Below are positions 52,086-64,000 of a stretch of 64,000 nucleotides of DNA, piece by piece. Source of the stretch: Octopus bimaculoides (lineage: Eukaryota); NCBI RefSeq assembly GCF_001194135.2, contig NC_068992.1, forward strand, positions 67,859,726 through 67,923,725, given 5' to 3'. A model generated the notes under the pieces. That model did not search any database. It was not told the DNA's origin and saw nothing but the letters and a program-made list of their open reading frames with translations. The translations under genes and the position numbers were made by a program. Numbering within the stretch: the stretch's first letter is position 1; the number at the start of each line of letters is the position of its first letter.

Positions 52086-52185
52086 NNNNNNNNNNNNNNN
52101 NNNNNNNNNNNNNNNNNNNNNNNNNNNNNNNNNNNNNNNNNNNNNNNNNNNNNNNNNNNNNNNNNNNNNNNNNNNNNNNNNNNNN
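52086..52185. other. Assembly gap (N run)
   Basis: 100 N after (TA)n. Confidence 1.
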
Positions 52186-54840
52186 TTCTTACTTTTCGTC
52201 GTCAAATATTTTGTAGGGAGATCAGCAGTTTTTTAACCAGAATTTTAAAAATAATTGATACTTGGCCGGTAATTTTCACAGACATCGAATTTAATACAAG
52301 AATATCATTTATATTTTGAATTTCAGTTGGCGCAATTGCTGAACTCTGTCCGCGGGTAAACTTTGCCCGTTACAGAAATGTAACGGAATTATTATTAAGA
52401 AGAATTGTTTATTATGTTTCCTGTTTAGTCATACTTACAATTTATTATTACCCAAAGCCCAGGGTACTACATACAATATCAAACCACGTGTAAGCTAATG
52501 AGATTGCTTACGTAATTTCTGTTCCTCTGCCATTTTTGTAACCTCATATTACGCTCTGCACTCACGTAATACATTATTCTGAAGCTTATGTTTACTGAGT
52601 TCTAATCCCAGATTATTAGTATTGTTATGCCTAACACCAGATCACTAGTTCAAGCTGTCTGAGTGCATGGGTTTCAATGGCGGTCTCACAACGCTATTGG
52701 CATATGAATAGCTCAATCAAGTGTTGGCCATATTGAAATGATTCTGAATTTCCTTTTGAGCTAATAAGTTATGCCAGATCTACAGGTCAGATGAATATAA
52801 GGCATCTGAATGGAGAAAAATGTCAGAGCAGAAACGTACTAAGCATGACAAGTCATACATGTGCGATTTAATATATTACAAGATCGAGTTGCGAAATATT
52901 AAAAATAAATCGATCATGTTCCTGGGATTTGATAAACTCTAAAGTCTCTATTTTATTCACTGTCCTTCCACGCAGCTAATTCATATCAAATAAGAATGTG
53001 GTATGAATATACTTTACATCTTTCAATTGTCTTATGAAATAGTACCGTATCACATCGATTGAGATGAAAAAGTAGGAATCCCTAAGAATGTCACATTCTT
53101 TCAAACAAATGTGTTATACAAAAGAGTGAATATATTAAACAGCAATATTTCAAAGACCGGTCAACCCTCTTTTCTTGGTCCATTAGCTCCATCATGCAGT
53201 TGTTTGCACATAATGGAAACGACTTTTACAATATTGTCTCTTTCTCTCTCACTCCCTCTCTACTTCTATCTCTGTGTGCTGATGAGACTATTCAGTAAAT
53301 TCTGCCACTGTATTTCTAAAGCATTGCCTTTGAATGACAAGATGAGGAACGATTGCAAGACCAAAGCCTGAATGAGAGTTGGCTATGACAAATATGGTGA
53401 TTAATGATATATCTTTTCATGAAAATGGCAACATCATGCAGATTAGGGGCTCTATGGAATGTGAGAATATAAAAGAAGGCAATGAATCTTATTTATTACA
53501 GGAGACACTTGAGCTCGGCAACGAGAGTGGGTGCTGCAGTCGAAATTTCTCACAATATCAAGTTCCCTACTATACAGAAGACAGTTGCAATGCCGTCAGA
53601 AAAATGAACGGCTACCTGAAGTATCTGGAAATTTTCACGAATATATATTTTTTTGAGAGAGAAATGTAAATTAAGGCTGTATTTTTATATGAGACTACTT
53701 CGGTCATTTCAGCCACTGTCCTGACGAAGCCGCCAATCGAATGAAGATAAAATGTTGAAGTAATATCAGCAACTGACCCAATGTTGAGGATGACTGCTTT
53801 TAATGAGGCAATTATTAATTTCAAGAACCATTAATAAATTAACATTGAATTACTCTATATCACTAATGACAATCACTAATATGAATTTAGCATACATTAC
53901 AAAAGGGGAAGCCCGTGGTTCTGTGGTATCCTCGTTGATCAGACAGTAAAGATAATTAAACCATAATACTATGAAAATAGAGCATGGGGATATTCAGCTA
54001 TGGAATTCTCGTATCACAGGTATTTAGTACTACTGGCAACAAGAGAAAATATGACGCCGTCTGTCAGGTTTAGGTATGAAATTTATGACTGAAAAACAAG
54101 CCTAGACCATTCAAGTAATTACAGTGACTAATTGTATTCATATTGTTCGACTAAAGATGATGGAACAAGTAATTTTCCTTAGATCCTGAACTGTAGAATT
54201 GAAATCAGAATGATCACCTGACGAAGCAAATTTCTTTACAAAAAGGCTCATTAAACGTTAAGCGTTTACACTTTAGGCATCAAATATCCCCAAACACGAA
54301 ATATTGTAATGTGAGTATACAGTATACATGTGGCTAAAATTTGCCAATGCATTAATCTGAACTGAAATTTAAAACAAATAACTGGAATCCTATCATCTTA
54401 ATAGATATTACATAAGTTCGTGTCACAATATGTAGCAGAGAATATCGGAAGATAAATTAAATTAAAATATACGATGAGCAAGAAATTATATTTTTTCGAT
54501 GTATAATAAACATTCTTTCAGAATTATTGAATTAGAGAAATATTAAATTAGCTACATAAAGTGTCCAATCTTATATAATTATACACGTTATATTAAGGAA
54601 GCATAAGAGAGGAAAGAACAGCGTGAGAGTAGAATTTAATAAAAGCAAATGGCGTGATCAGTTTCCCTGAATTTACACATTTATTCACAAATAAAACGCA
54701 AAGGGTCGAAAATTTTAAATTACGCACATCCATATATATTTGCCAAGATATACATACATACATGCATGCATGCATGCATGCGTGCGTGTGTGCGTGTGCG
54801 TGTGTGCGTGTGTGCGTGNNNNNNNNNNGGGGGGGGGGGG

Positions 54841-55127
54841 TAAATAGCTTGCTTATCAACCACATGTTTCCTTGTGAGTGGATTTGCTACACAAAAACTA
54901 AAAGAAGCCCGTGGTATATGTATGTATGTGTTAATCCCCCGCCCACCCACCATTGCTTGACAACCGATGGTGGCGTGTCTACGTCCCCGTAACGTAGCGG
55001 TTCGCCAAACGAGGCTGATAGGATAAGAACTAAACTTACAAATAATACGTCGTGGGGTAGATTTGTTCGACTAAAAGTGGTGCTCCAGCATGGCCGCAGT
55101 CAAATGACTGAAACAAATAAAAGAATA
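54841..55127 (+). mobile_element. SINE family A, most complete copy (internal deletion in the head, intact tail)
   Basis: TAGCTTGCTTATCAACCACATG..CTTGTGAGTGGATTTG..GCTTGACAACCGATG..ACGTCCCCGTAACGTAGCGGTTCG..GGTGCTCCAGCATGGCCGCAGTCAAATGACTGAAACAAATAAAAGAATA. The 5' end abuts a gap. Confidence 0.85.
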
Positions 55128-55363
55128 TTTGGAAGATACTTGTAAGCCACTTAAGAACACACAAAAACCGTTAGTTTAACTTCAACATTTAATTTTCATT
55201 TCTGTCAAAATATTTTCGTCGCTTTGAAACCGCGAACTGTTCTCTGACAAAACTTGGTGTCTCTTGAATGACTTACAAATATCTTCCATGCTGCAATCGT
55301 TTTTGTTTCAGCACACGATCTCAGATCAAGTCCCCTGCTATGCCAGCACATCTCTGTAAAAGA

Positions 55364-55409
<46 letters not shown>

Positions 55410-56992
55410 GAAAGAAAGAGAGAAAGAGAGAGAGAGAAAGAGAGAGAGAGAAAGAGAGAGAAAGAGAAATACTATTACAAGGCGATGCACACTATACAAT
55501 AGACTACATAATGGTGCAATAGATAATTCTCGGTTTTGTTTGTCTCTATAATGAAATGTTGATTAGTGATATATATATTAAATGAACCGAACACTTTCTC
55601 TGATTTCACACGTTCAGCGGTTATAAGTAATATAAGAATTACATTATTAAATAATTGGCAGACTGAATATATTCTCAATGACTAGAGATTGTTATCCTCC
55701 TAATAGGTGATAGTCAAAGATAAATTATGTTTTATCTTTCAATATCTAAAAAGAAAAAAAAAATTCCATTTCATTTAAAGATATTATTGATATCGTTATA
55801 TAATTAATTATATGATTCAATGTTACCTCTGTTTGCAAATAACTTCATTATTTGTCTGATCATAACCTGTGCAGAAAGTTCACTTCGGAGTAATTTCAAA
55901 TTTCAAATCGAAACCTACGCTGTCCTCCTCAAACCCGACTTCACGCTCTCTAATTCATAAGATTTGCTTATTCCACTTTCTGTAGATTGTAGCATTCCGT
56001 CGCATGACAAATTAAATATTTTCTGTGACTTGTCAACCAATGCTTGAAACCGAGAATAGATCACGTTTATGATTCAACAATGTAAGACAAGATACAAGTG
56101 AAACTATTCGCTTTTATTGACAATTTTCTTCTAGCCGATATTTGAAATATCTTGTATTCTGTAACAGGGAAGTATTTAAAGGGGAGGGTGTTTCGTTTTA
56201 GAAAAATACGTACTATTTAATTTTGAATGTGAAAGGATTACAAATATGAAACTTCGTGGTGATAAAGTTTATAACATGACTATGTGCATAGGTCAGTCAC
56301 TACTACACTATGGGCCCAGGATAACTGAACAGTGCGATAAGGGAGCGATAAGCTCGAGGTAAAACTTTAGTCTGATCTGTAAGATTTTAGTAGCTGTGTA
56401 AAGATAGACATAGATAAGGGAGAGATTCATGAAGTTTACAGCCCTCTAGATATTTTACAATGACGTATTTTTCGACCAAAATTCATTTACATTGAACATT
56501 CAATAAAAGTGCGCGGCTCCACTAGACTTACAGCTCACATTATCCTTAGATGTCCCCTCCTACTGAGAGTGAGCTGTGCGAATATTAATATCTACATAGC
56601 AAAATGTTTGTAGCGTATGTCGTTTTTAGGTTTCATATGTGTGAGCTATACAAGAATCTGAAGTTGTTAATTCTCCTCCGTGCACAAACAACACTATAGA
56701 AATTCCATCCTTCTCACATTAAAAGTGCAAAAGGGGGTGTCACTGCCCTTGAAATGCTCAAATGTATATTTAACTTATACAGAGCTAATGTGGCTATTTC
56801 TCCGTAAAATAAAAGAATAATGAACCTCAATCTATTTTCGAATCATACTGGATTCTCATTTAAGGGTCTACATCAATTAGACGAATCTCAGAAAAACGGG
56901 CCGCCAGTCTGTTAATACACTGAACACTTACTGGGCTGGAGCTACAGAAAAAAGGAGCTACCAATGTGCATACCGTAAGTTAAAACTTTATT

Positions 56993-57149
56993 AAATATCA
57001 GAGATGCATCATTGGATATCAAATATCAGAGATGCATCATTGGATGTCAAATATCAGAGATGCATCATTAGATATCAAATATCAGAGATGCATCATTGGA
57101 TATCAAATATCAGAGATGCATCATTGGATGTCAAATATCAGAGATGCAT
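56993..57149. repeat. 28 bp minisatellite, 5.6 copies
   Basis: Unit AAATATCAGAGATGCATCATTGGATATC starts at 56993, 57021, 57049, 57077, 57105 and 57133. Confidence 0.97.
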
Positions 57150-57470
57150 GTCCTCACAGCGTCCAAGTATGATACGTGTAGCTTATATTGTAGATTTTTA
57201 AACAGAACGATTTGCTTATTTCCCTGTGGTGTATAATATCCAATAGGCTTATGTAACGATTGTCTCCGATAAATAGTCATTATCCTCCAGCATACAGATA
57301 GTCGTTTGCATTTCACTTTCTGAATTAACGATACAAAGTTGCATCAGACGATGGGTTTTAACGGATTTTTCTGGCCACTTATGGTTTAAACACACAAAAA
57401 CGCATACATACATCCCACACACAGACATATTTATATGTGTGTGTGTTTCTGTGTGTGCGTTATGTGTACG

Positions 57471-57955
57471 TACGAGGGTAATCCCAAAAGTAAGGTCTCC
57501 CAAAATACATAGAAATCACAGAAACGTTTATTGTCAACGACATTTTCGTCATTTTAAAGTTTGAACATTAACTATCTTTCTACATAATCGCCATTTCGGT
57601 CGATGGATTTTTGTAGGCGCTGGGTTACTTTTTGTGTCCGCATGTCATACCAGCTCACCGCCATGTCATTGAGGAAGCGCCGAACCTCATCTTTCATCTC
57701 GTCGCCGTTGCTGAAGCGCGTTCCGGCCAAATGAACAGGGGGTAGTCACTGGATGTCAAGTCCGCATTATGGGGTGGGTTACCGTTTATGGACTTTTGTG
57801 AGCATTCGTGGCACCCATTCTGATTATTGCAACTTGTCACTCAAAAGCATATGCATGTTGCTTCGGGAAACCTCAGGAACCAAAATGCGAAGATCATCCA
57901 GAGTGATCCGCCAATTTTCACGCAGGATTTGCTCAACCTTCGCGACTCTCTCGTG
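57471..57955 (-). mobile_element. Mariner deletion derivative with right TIR
   Basis: Minus strand ERVAKVEQILRENWRITLDDL...SEWVPRMLTK is joined almost directly to PPHNADLTSSDYPLF and RFSNGDEMKDEVRRFL...IDRNGDYVER*. The TIR TA-CGAGGGTAATCCCAAAAGTAAGGTCTCC is at 57471. Confidence 0.88.
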
Positions 57956-58059
57956 CATATATGTATCTAAGATGTTGTATCCATTCAGCGTTAGACGGTG
58001 GTGAGAGGGACATACGCACACACACACACCTGTGTGTCTACACATATGCATATACATGT

Positions 58060-58112
<53 letters not shown>

Positions 58113-58124
58113 CAACCTTCAACA

Positions 58125-58200
58125 AAGTAGTACTGGGGTCGATGCAATCGATTTATCTCATCCTCCGAACTCACTGGCATTATGACAAAATTTGAAACCC
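58125..58200 (+). mobile_element. SINE 3' tail fragment
   Basis: AAGTAGTACTGGGGTCGATGCAATCGATT...GGCATTATGACAAAATTTGAAACC, related to the GGGGTAGATTTGTTCGACT segment of the 54841 copy. Confidence 0.5.
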
Positions 58201-58817
58201 TATATTCATATAGATAGGTACGAACATTTATTTTTATATATACGCTCATAGACGCACGGCCACTGAACATCTTCATACTCGTATACATAATGCATATGCT
58301 GGGTAAGATGGCGGTGATCATAAGTCAGATTTTGCTGGCAATAATAATAAATTTCGACATCTGCATTGTTAATAAGCATTCTATGTCACTGATGTGTATT
58401 CAATGAACAGAATAATCTCATAATTATAAACATGTTAGACTTTATAATAAGCAATATATAATTCAAATCATTAAGTTGCAGAATAATGTGTGTGTTTGTG
58501 TGTGTGTTTGTAATCTTCCGCTCTTTGTTAAAATGTAATACCTCTTTCAGGGAGACATACTGCCTTAGACTGAACTGAAGTATATAAAAGATGGATATAT
58601 TTATATAAATTCCATATTTCTGCTAATATAAATGCTGACGGATATAGTTTTGTCTTTGATAATGGATCCATTTACCGTTCTCATCGAAATTCTGTTGAAC
58701 TAAAGTAAATCATGCATTAACACACACACACAAATATATACGTCAACATAAATGCATATGGATTCTCATATACACACATATATACATAGAAACACACTCA
58801 CACAAATAGAGACACAA

Positions 58818-58838
58818 ACGCGCGCGCGCACACACGCG

Positions 58839-58881
<43 letters not shown>

Positions 58882-58899
58882 ACGTACGTACGTACGTAT
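58818..58899. repeat. Alternating purine-pyrimidine tract (CG)n/(CA)n/(ACGT)5
   Basis: 82 bp of unbroken RY alternation. Confidence 0.95.
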
Positions 58900-59244
58900 C
58901 TAAATGCTCACACATTCATTGACAAGTTATTCCGGTGAGGAGCTCGTGACATTGCGGCAGCGAGTTATCGTATTTGTTCGATACCTTTTCCTGTATTCGT
59001 ACGTAGCTCAATATTGGGCTTCCTTGCATAATGGGCATATTTATATTCCCCAGTCGACGAATATTCGAAGCACGTGGAAAGATTAGACGTATCATTCTTT
59101 TATAGCCGTCTTTTTTAGCTTCATGCTATCTACCTCTAATGAAAACAGTGGAGTTTAAGATTCTGATCTCTACGAGCACTACTTGTTGGTTATCTATGCC
59201 ACGCTTACATAAACATTTTAAAACAACTTCTTTCTTTCTCTAAC

Positions 59245-59291
<47 letters not shown>

Positions 59292-59910
59292 NNNNNNNNN
59301 NNNNNNNNNNNNNNNNNNNNNNNNNNNNNNNNNNNNNNNNNNNNNNNNNNNNNNNNNNNNNNNNNNNNNNNNNNNNNNNNNNNNNNNNNNNNNNNNNNNN
59401 NNNNNNNNNNNNNNNNNNNNNNNNNNNNNNNNNNNNNNNNNNNNNNNNNNNNNNNNNNNNNNNNNNNNNNNNNNNNNNNNNNNNNNNNNNNNNNNNNNNN
59501 NNNNNNNNNNNNNNNNNNNNNNNNNNNNNNNNNNNNNNNNNNNNNNNNNNNNNNNNNNNNNNNNNNNNNNNNNNNNNNNNNNNNNNNNNNNNNNNNNNNN
59601 NNNNNNNNNNNNNNNNNNNNNNNNNNNNNNNNNNNNNNNNNNNNNNNNNNNNNNNNNNNNNNNNNNNNNNNNNNNNNNNNNNNNNNNNNNNNNNNNNNNN
59701 NNNNNNNNNNNNNNNNNNNNNNNNNNNNNNNNNNNNNNNNNNNNNNNNNNNNNNNNNNNNNNNNNNNNNNNNNNNNNNNNNNNNNNNNNNNNNNNNNNNN
59801 NNNNNNNNNNNNNNNNNNNNNNNNNNNNNNNNNNNNNNNNNNNNNNNNNNNNNNNNNNNNNNNNNNNNNNNNNNNNNNNNNNNNNNNNNNNNNNNNNNNN
59901 NNNNNNNNNN
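59292..59910. other. Assembly gap (N run)
   Basis: N run flanked by (TA)n on both sides. Confidence 1.
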
Positions 59911-59952
<42 letters not shown>

Positions 59953-61465
59953 TGCCCATACGGCGTGTAAGAGTTAAAAGGACGTAAAGCATTCTTTCTA
60001 ATAATTTGCTATGCAAGAATGAAGAGAAAGACGTATTTGATATTCTTCTCTAATCGGTAACAGCAATTATTCATCTCAAATATAAGGCAGGCAGAAGCTA
60101 CTGCCGAACTGGTTTGATTTGCATATCCATACCTTTTGTGACTAGTCATTGATTAACAGAAATTCAATGTAATGCAAAAGACAGCGTAAAACATACAAAG
60201 TGAAATAAATCAAAACATTAAGAAAACACTGCTTCATTCTAAATAGAAGCAAATATCTCTGATTCAGGTTCCATTCCTTCCAAATGCAATTTTAGAAAAA
60301 ACAAAAGCTTCCTGAACACTTAAATTTAAACGTCAACCACAATCTAAGAAATAATGAAACAAAAAATCTCAATTGATAATAATGCATCGTATGTAACCCT
60401 GGCAGAATTCTGTGCAGAAGGACGAAATATGTGACTCTATACTCTATCCCTAAATATAACCAGTAAGATCTATAGTGTTGTATTTCCCTCGGGTGACTCG
60501 CATAGATAACACAACGAGTTATACAAATTTAATTATTACATTTATTATTCAATTACATACAAAGTCCATATAACATATAGCAAGCCAGGCAGTTGTACAA
60601 TACTCTGTATATTATGCATACACGCGCTTTGAAAACAAGAGCAACTTTCTATATGCGTATATTATTCTAAGTTAATCGATATTCCTATTAATTACAAATA
60701 ATATGATACGGCAATCTTCGACTAATTTCTTTTGCGCACCCCCATTGTGACTAACAACAATAGTAAGACAAGGACATAAAATTACAGGCGATATGAAACA
60801 GACCTGGAATGTATCATTGTTTCCTACAGCATATTAGCAGTTCGGAATCTAGAAATGTAACTAATCGAATGTATGATAAACATAGACCTTTATCTTAGTC
60901 ATTCTCTTTCTGTCCACCTCTCATTCATATATCTATATGTATATATTGTAGCTTACACACATGCATGCACACTCGCACATATGTATGCATAAAGAGAGGG
61001 AAAAAAGTGCCTTAGGATCACTTAATAATGGTGACCTTGAACGAGTCACAACAACGGAAGCAGAAAAGTTATTTCTAACGCATTTCCCCACAAATATTTT
61101 TACTTCATGAGATCGTAATATATCCACTTCGTGATATCATTAGCCATATACATTTTATCATACTGTTTACCAAGCTGGGAATTTAATCATAGTGTTTACC
61201 TAAGCGACAATTTAAGCAGTTGAATATCCACAACTGTACTTGCGAACTGAACGTCATTTGATCTCCTTAAAAGCATGTGCATATGACATGAGATCGTTGT
61301 CAACAGAAGTATTAACTTCGTCATATTTGTATTGATTTTCTTACTTATAAAAGGCCAAACTTACTCCGCTGCATCACGGGTGTATTGCATATAAAGCTAA
61401 AGTAACAGAGATAGATGCATGCAAATCTTGTATAACTTAAATGTAATGTATGAGAAAACGTGCAC

Positions 61466-61516
<51 letters not shown>

Positions 61517-63169
61517 ACCTTTGAGTGTATATGTGTTTGCGAAGGCACAAAACTGTATTTGTAAATGTAATGTGCCATTTTCTCTATTAATGGGCATCTA
61601 CGGAAGAGATCTCCACCTTTAAAAACAAATTGATATTTACATTTCTGCTGCGTTTTTGCCTCATAACAAGAAACAAAATGAAATGTTGAATATCATGTTA
61701 GCAAATATACAACCTGTGTTTACGAATACATTTTTGAAACTATATTAGGGCAGGTGTGAATGAGTGCATGCATGCATGCTTATAGATTCAGTATATAATT
61801 ATACATATATTTGTATATCTATATACTTGTGTATATATGTGCGTGTCTATATACATATATATATTTGTATGTCTAAATACTTGTGTGTGTATATGCGAGT
61901 AGATATAGCTTTATGTATTTCTACATATAAAGAATACTTACCCCACCAATATAGAGTGCATTGTCACATGTGATAATAGCTTAAAAAGAACGTATACTGG
62001 AACAAGTCTTTTAGTACTCATAACGTTTAATATTGGTAATTATTATTTTATTTGAACTCATGTTAAATTAGGATTTTCTCGTGACACGCACTTAGGTTGC
62101 TGCTGACTACTTGTCTAATGAATTCTGACTACATTCTCCACACAAGATAACTTTTTCTGTCAATGAATATTAAACGTCGGTGGGACGGTATGCCTCTGTT
62201 CCTTGTAGTCTTTATTCGTTTCAGTTTATCTCCTTCTCTCTCCTTATAACTCTCTCACTCTCATCTCTCGACGTTTTATCTCCTCTATGCCTTTGTCTCT
62301 CTCTCACAAACACTTCTCTTCTGTCCTTTCCCCTGTCATCTCATTTACTTTATTTTTTGTCTTTCTTAGTCGAGTCTGTTACTTTCACTTTCTTTGCATT
62401 TCATGCAGTCTCTCTCTTTCTCTCCACTTCTATCATCACTAATCGCTTTCATTAAAAATAAGTGATTACACAGTTTTCATTTGAGAGAATTTGCGAATAT
62501 TTGTAAAAGGTTTTTTATTATGTCTATCTAAATTACAAAAGCAATTTCAAGATTCATTCCGTTAAATAAAATGTGTAAATCATAAACGGTTGTATAATGA
62601 AAACCTTGTGTTATATTCTGTGCTTATTTTCAGTTTGAGTTTATTGCTTGTGATTAAGTTGATTTCGTTTAAATTATTCATTACAATATAATAGTAGTGT
62701 ATAGAGACTGCACTATTTATTTTCACATTTCAAATGGTCATTTGAATTTGGGATTCAACATAGGTTACAACATCGTTCATTCAAATGATATGCGACTAAA
62801 TGAGAACGGGTAGTGAAAAATGGCGGCACGAAAACAATCTGGGTGAAGAGTGACTGAATCAGAGAAAACAGTGGAAGCGGCTGAAACAAATGCCTGAATA
62901 CGCACGCAGTAATAAAAAATCGGATTCTGTTTCTGTTACACGTGACAGTCTGGCTAGGGTATCTGGAGAACACAGTAATCTGCTTCAAAACTATGCACTT
63001 AGCCAGCTTTCACAGTCAGGAAATATTCAGGTGGCAACTCATAAACAAATGGACAAGATATATAGACAAATATACAAATAGCAGACAGAGACAAACCGAA
63101 ACGAAAATGGAAAGTAAAAGGATAATGGGAAATCGAACGGACGCGAACAGAAGGCAAATACTCGAAAGA

Positions 63170-63660
63170 AACTTAATACTAGGGACGAGGTTGCAAGCAC
63201 TCGTACAGCTGTTGCGCTATCTTTTCATGGAGCCCTCTCAGCTTCTTCATCTAATAAACTTGGACCCCATCCGATCCTGGTCTCTTCCTATTTGGGAATT
63301 TTCTTAAATGCCTTTTTATCATTTCTGTTATTTTTATATCTTCTTGGCCTTGTATATTTCTTAACTTATCCTGGATTTCATGCAGCCATTCCGTTTCATC
63401 ATTATGCCCTACAGGTTGGTCCCACATCCCTCTCTCCAGAATACCCTGCTTTCCTCTGCTGCTGTTATGTGTAATTGCCCATCTTGTTCCTGAAATAGTT
63501 TCACCTGACATGCTTCAAAGAATCTATTTTGCCTGAATTGTTTTCTTCTATTTCCATATCATTATTATTGAATTTCCTACTGTCATCTCACTGCTTGATG
63601 AAACGTCCCACGACATATCCTCTAAGACAATATCTGCATTTTCTTGTTAAAATTATCAAA
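63170..63660 (-). mobile_element. R4/Dong-like non-LTR fragment (region preceding the RT core)
   Basis: FFEACQVKLFQ...EESRVFW / MWDQPVGHNDETEWLHEIQDKLRNIQGQEDIKITEMIKRHLRKFPNRKRPGSDGVQVY*MKKLRGLHEKIAQQL corresponds to W....HN....W...NWKAPGPDG....W.KK...LH..IA.QL. Confidence 0.8.
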
Positions 63661-63778
63661 CATGCAGGGTTTTAAAATTTACAGTGTAATGTTATTCTCC
63701 ACTTCAATATTTTATCGCTTTACACGACAGTTAAATAAATTGTTTTCATTTATATACAACACGTACAATTGAAAGTTG

Positions 63779-63813
<35 letters not shown>

Positions 63814-64000
63814 TATATATATATATATACACACACATATATATATATATACACACACATATACATATACACACACACATATACATATACACACACACAT
63901 ATACATATACACACATATACATATATATATACACATATACATATATATACACACACATATACATATATATACATACATACATATACATACATACATATAC
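63779..64000. repeat. Compound (TA)/(CA) low-complexity array with a 20 bp ACACACACATATACATATAC sub-unit
   Basis: Directly visible; this explains the stacked VCICIY ORFs. Confidence 0.95.

Noticed and set aside
52353-52386. Overlapping hairpins resembling a Helitron 3' end
   Set aside because: No CTRR terminus at the expected distance and no Helitron coding remnant.
53379-53669. 96 aa ORF
   Set aside because: No recognisable domain, splice support or extension in adjacent frames.
56993-57149. CRISPR-like appearance of the 28 bp repeat
   Set aside because: The units are contiguous with no unique spacers, there are no cas genes, and the context is eukaryotic.

Overview
AT-rich animal genomic DNA. 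By inference it is from an octopod cephalopod (Octopus-like), based on the recalled SINE families, the dense (TA)n/(CA)n/(GA)n/(GATA)n microsatellites and nine N-gaps typical of a short-read scaffold. I can support no intact named protein-coding gene, tRNA, rRNA or CRISPR array. The window is mostly intergenic or intronic and is filled with decayed transposons. These are five mariner (DD34D-type) fragments, one rosa/DD41D-like Tc1-mariner, three RTE-clade LINE fragments, two R4/Dong-like fragments, a roughly 2 kb HERO-like non-LTR element, a Penelope-like RT fragment fused to an inverted CR1-like RT fragment, and about ten SINE pieces. Most ORF-track entries are microsatellite or gap artefacts. 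The items most worth follow-up are: (i) a 430 bp near-perfect inverted repeat (18604-19033) whose inner ends carry a degenerate hammerhead-ribozyme-like motif, echoed by an older inverted pair at 3685-4926 with the same CTGACGAA geometry; (ii) an unidentified decayed coding tract at 7470-9056 that ends in a frame-preserving three-exon structure with a polyA signal; (iii) an unclassified LINE-like 3' end that shares its tail with the most abundant SINE. All family assignments come from recalled protein or repeat motifs, not from database searches.
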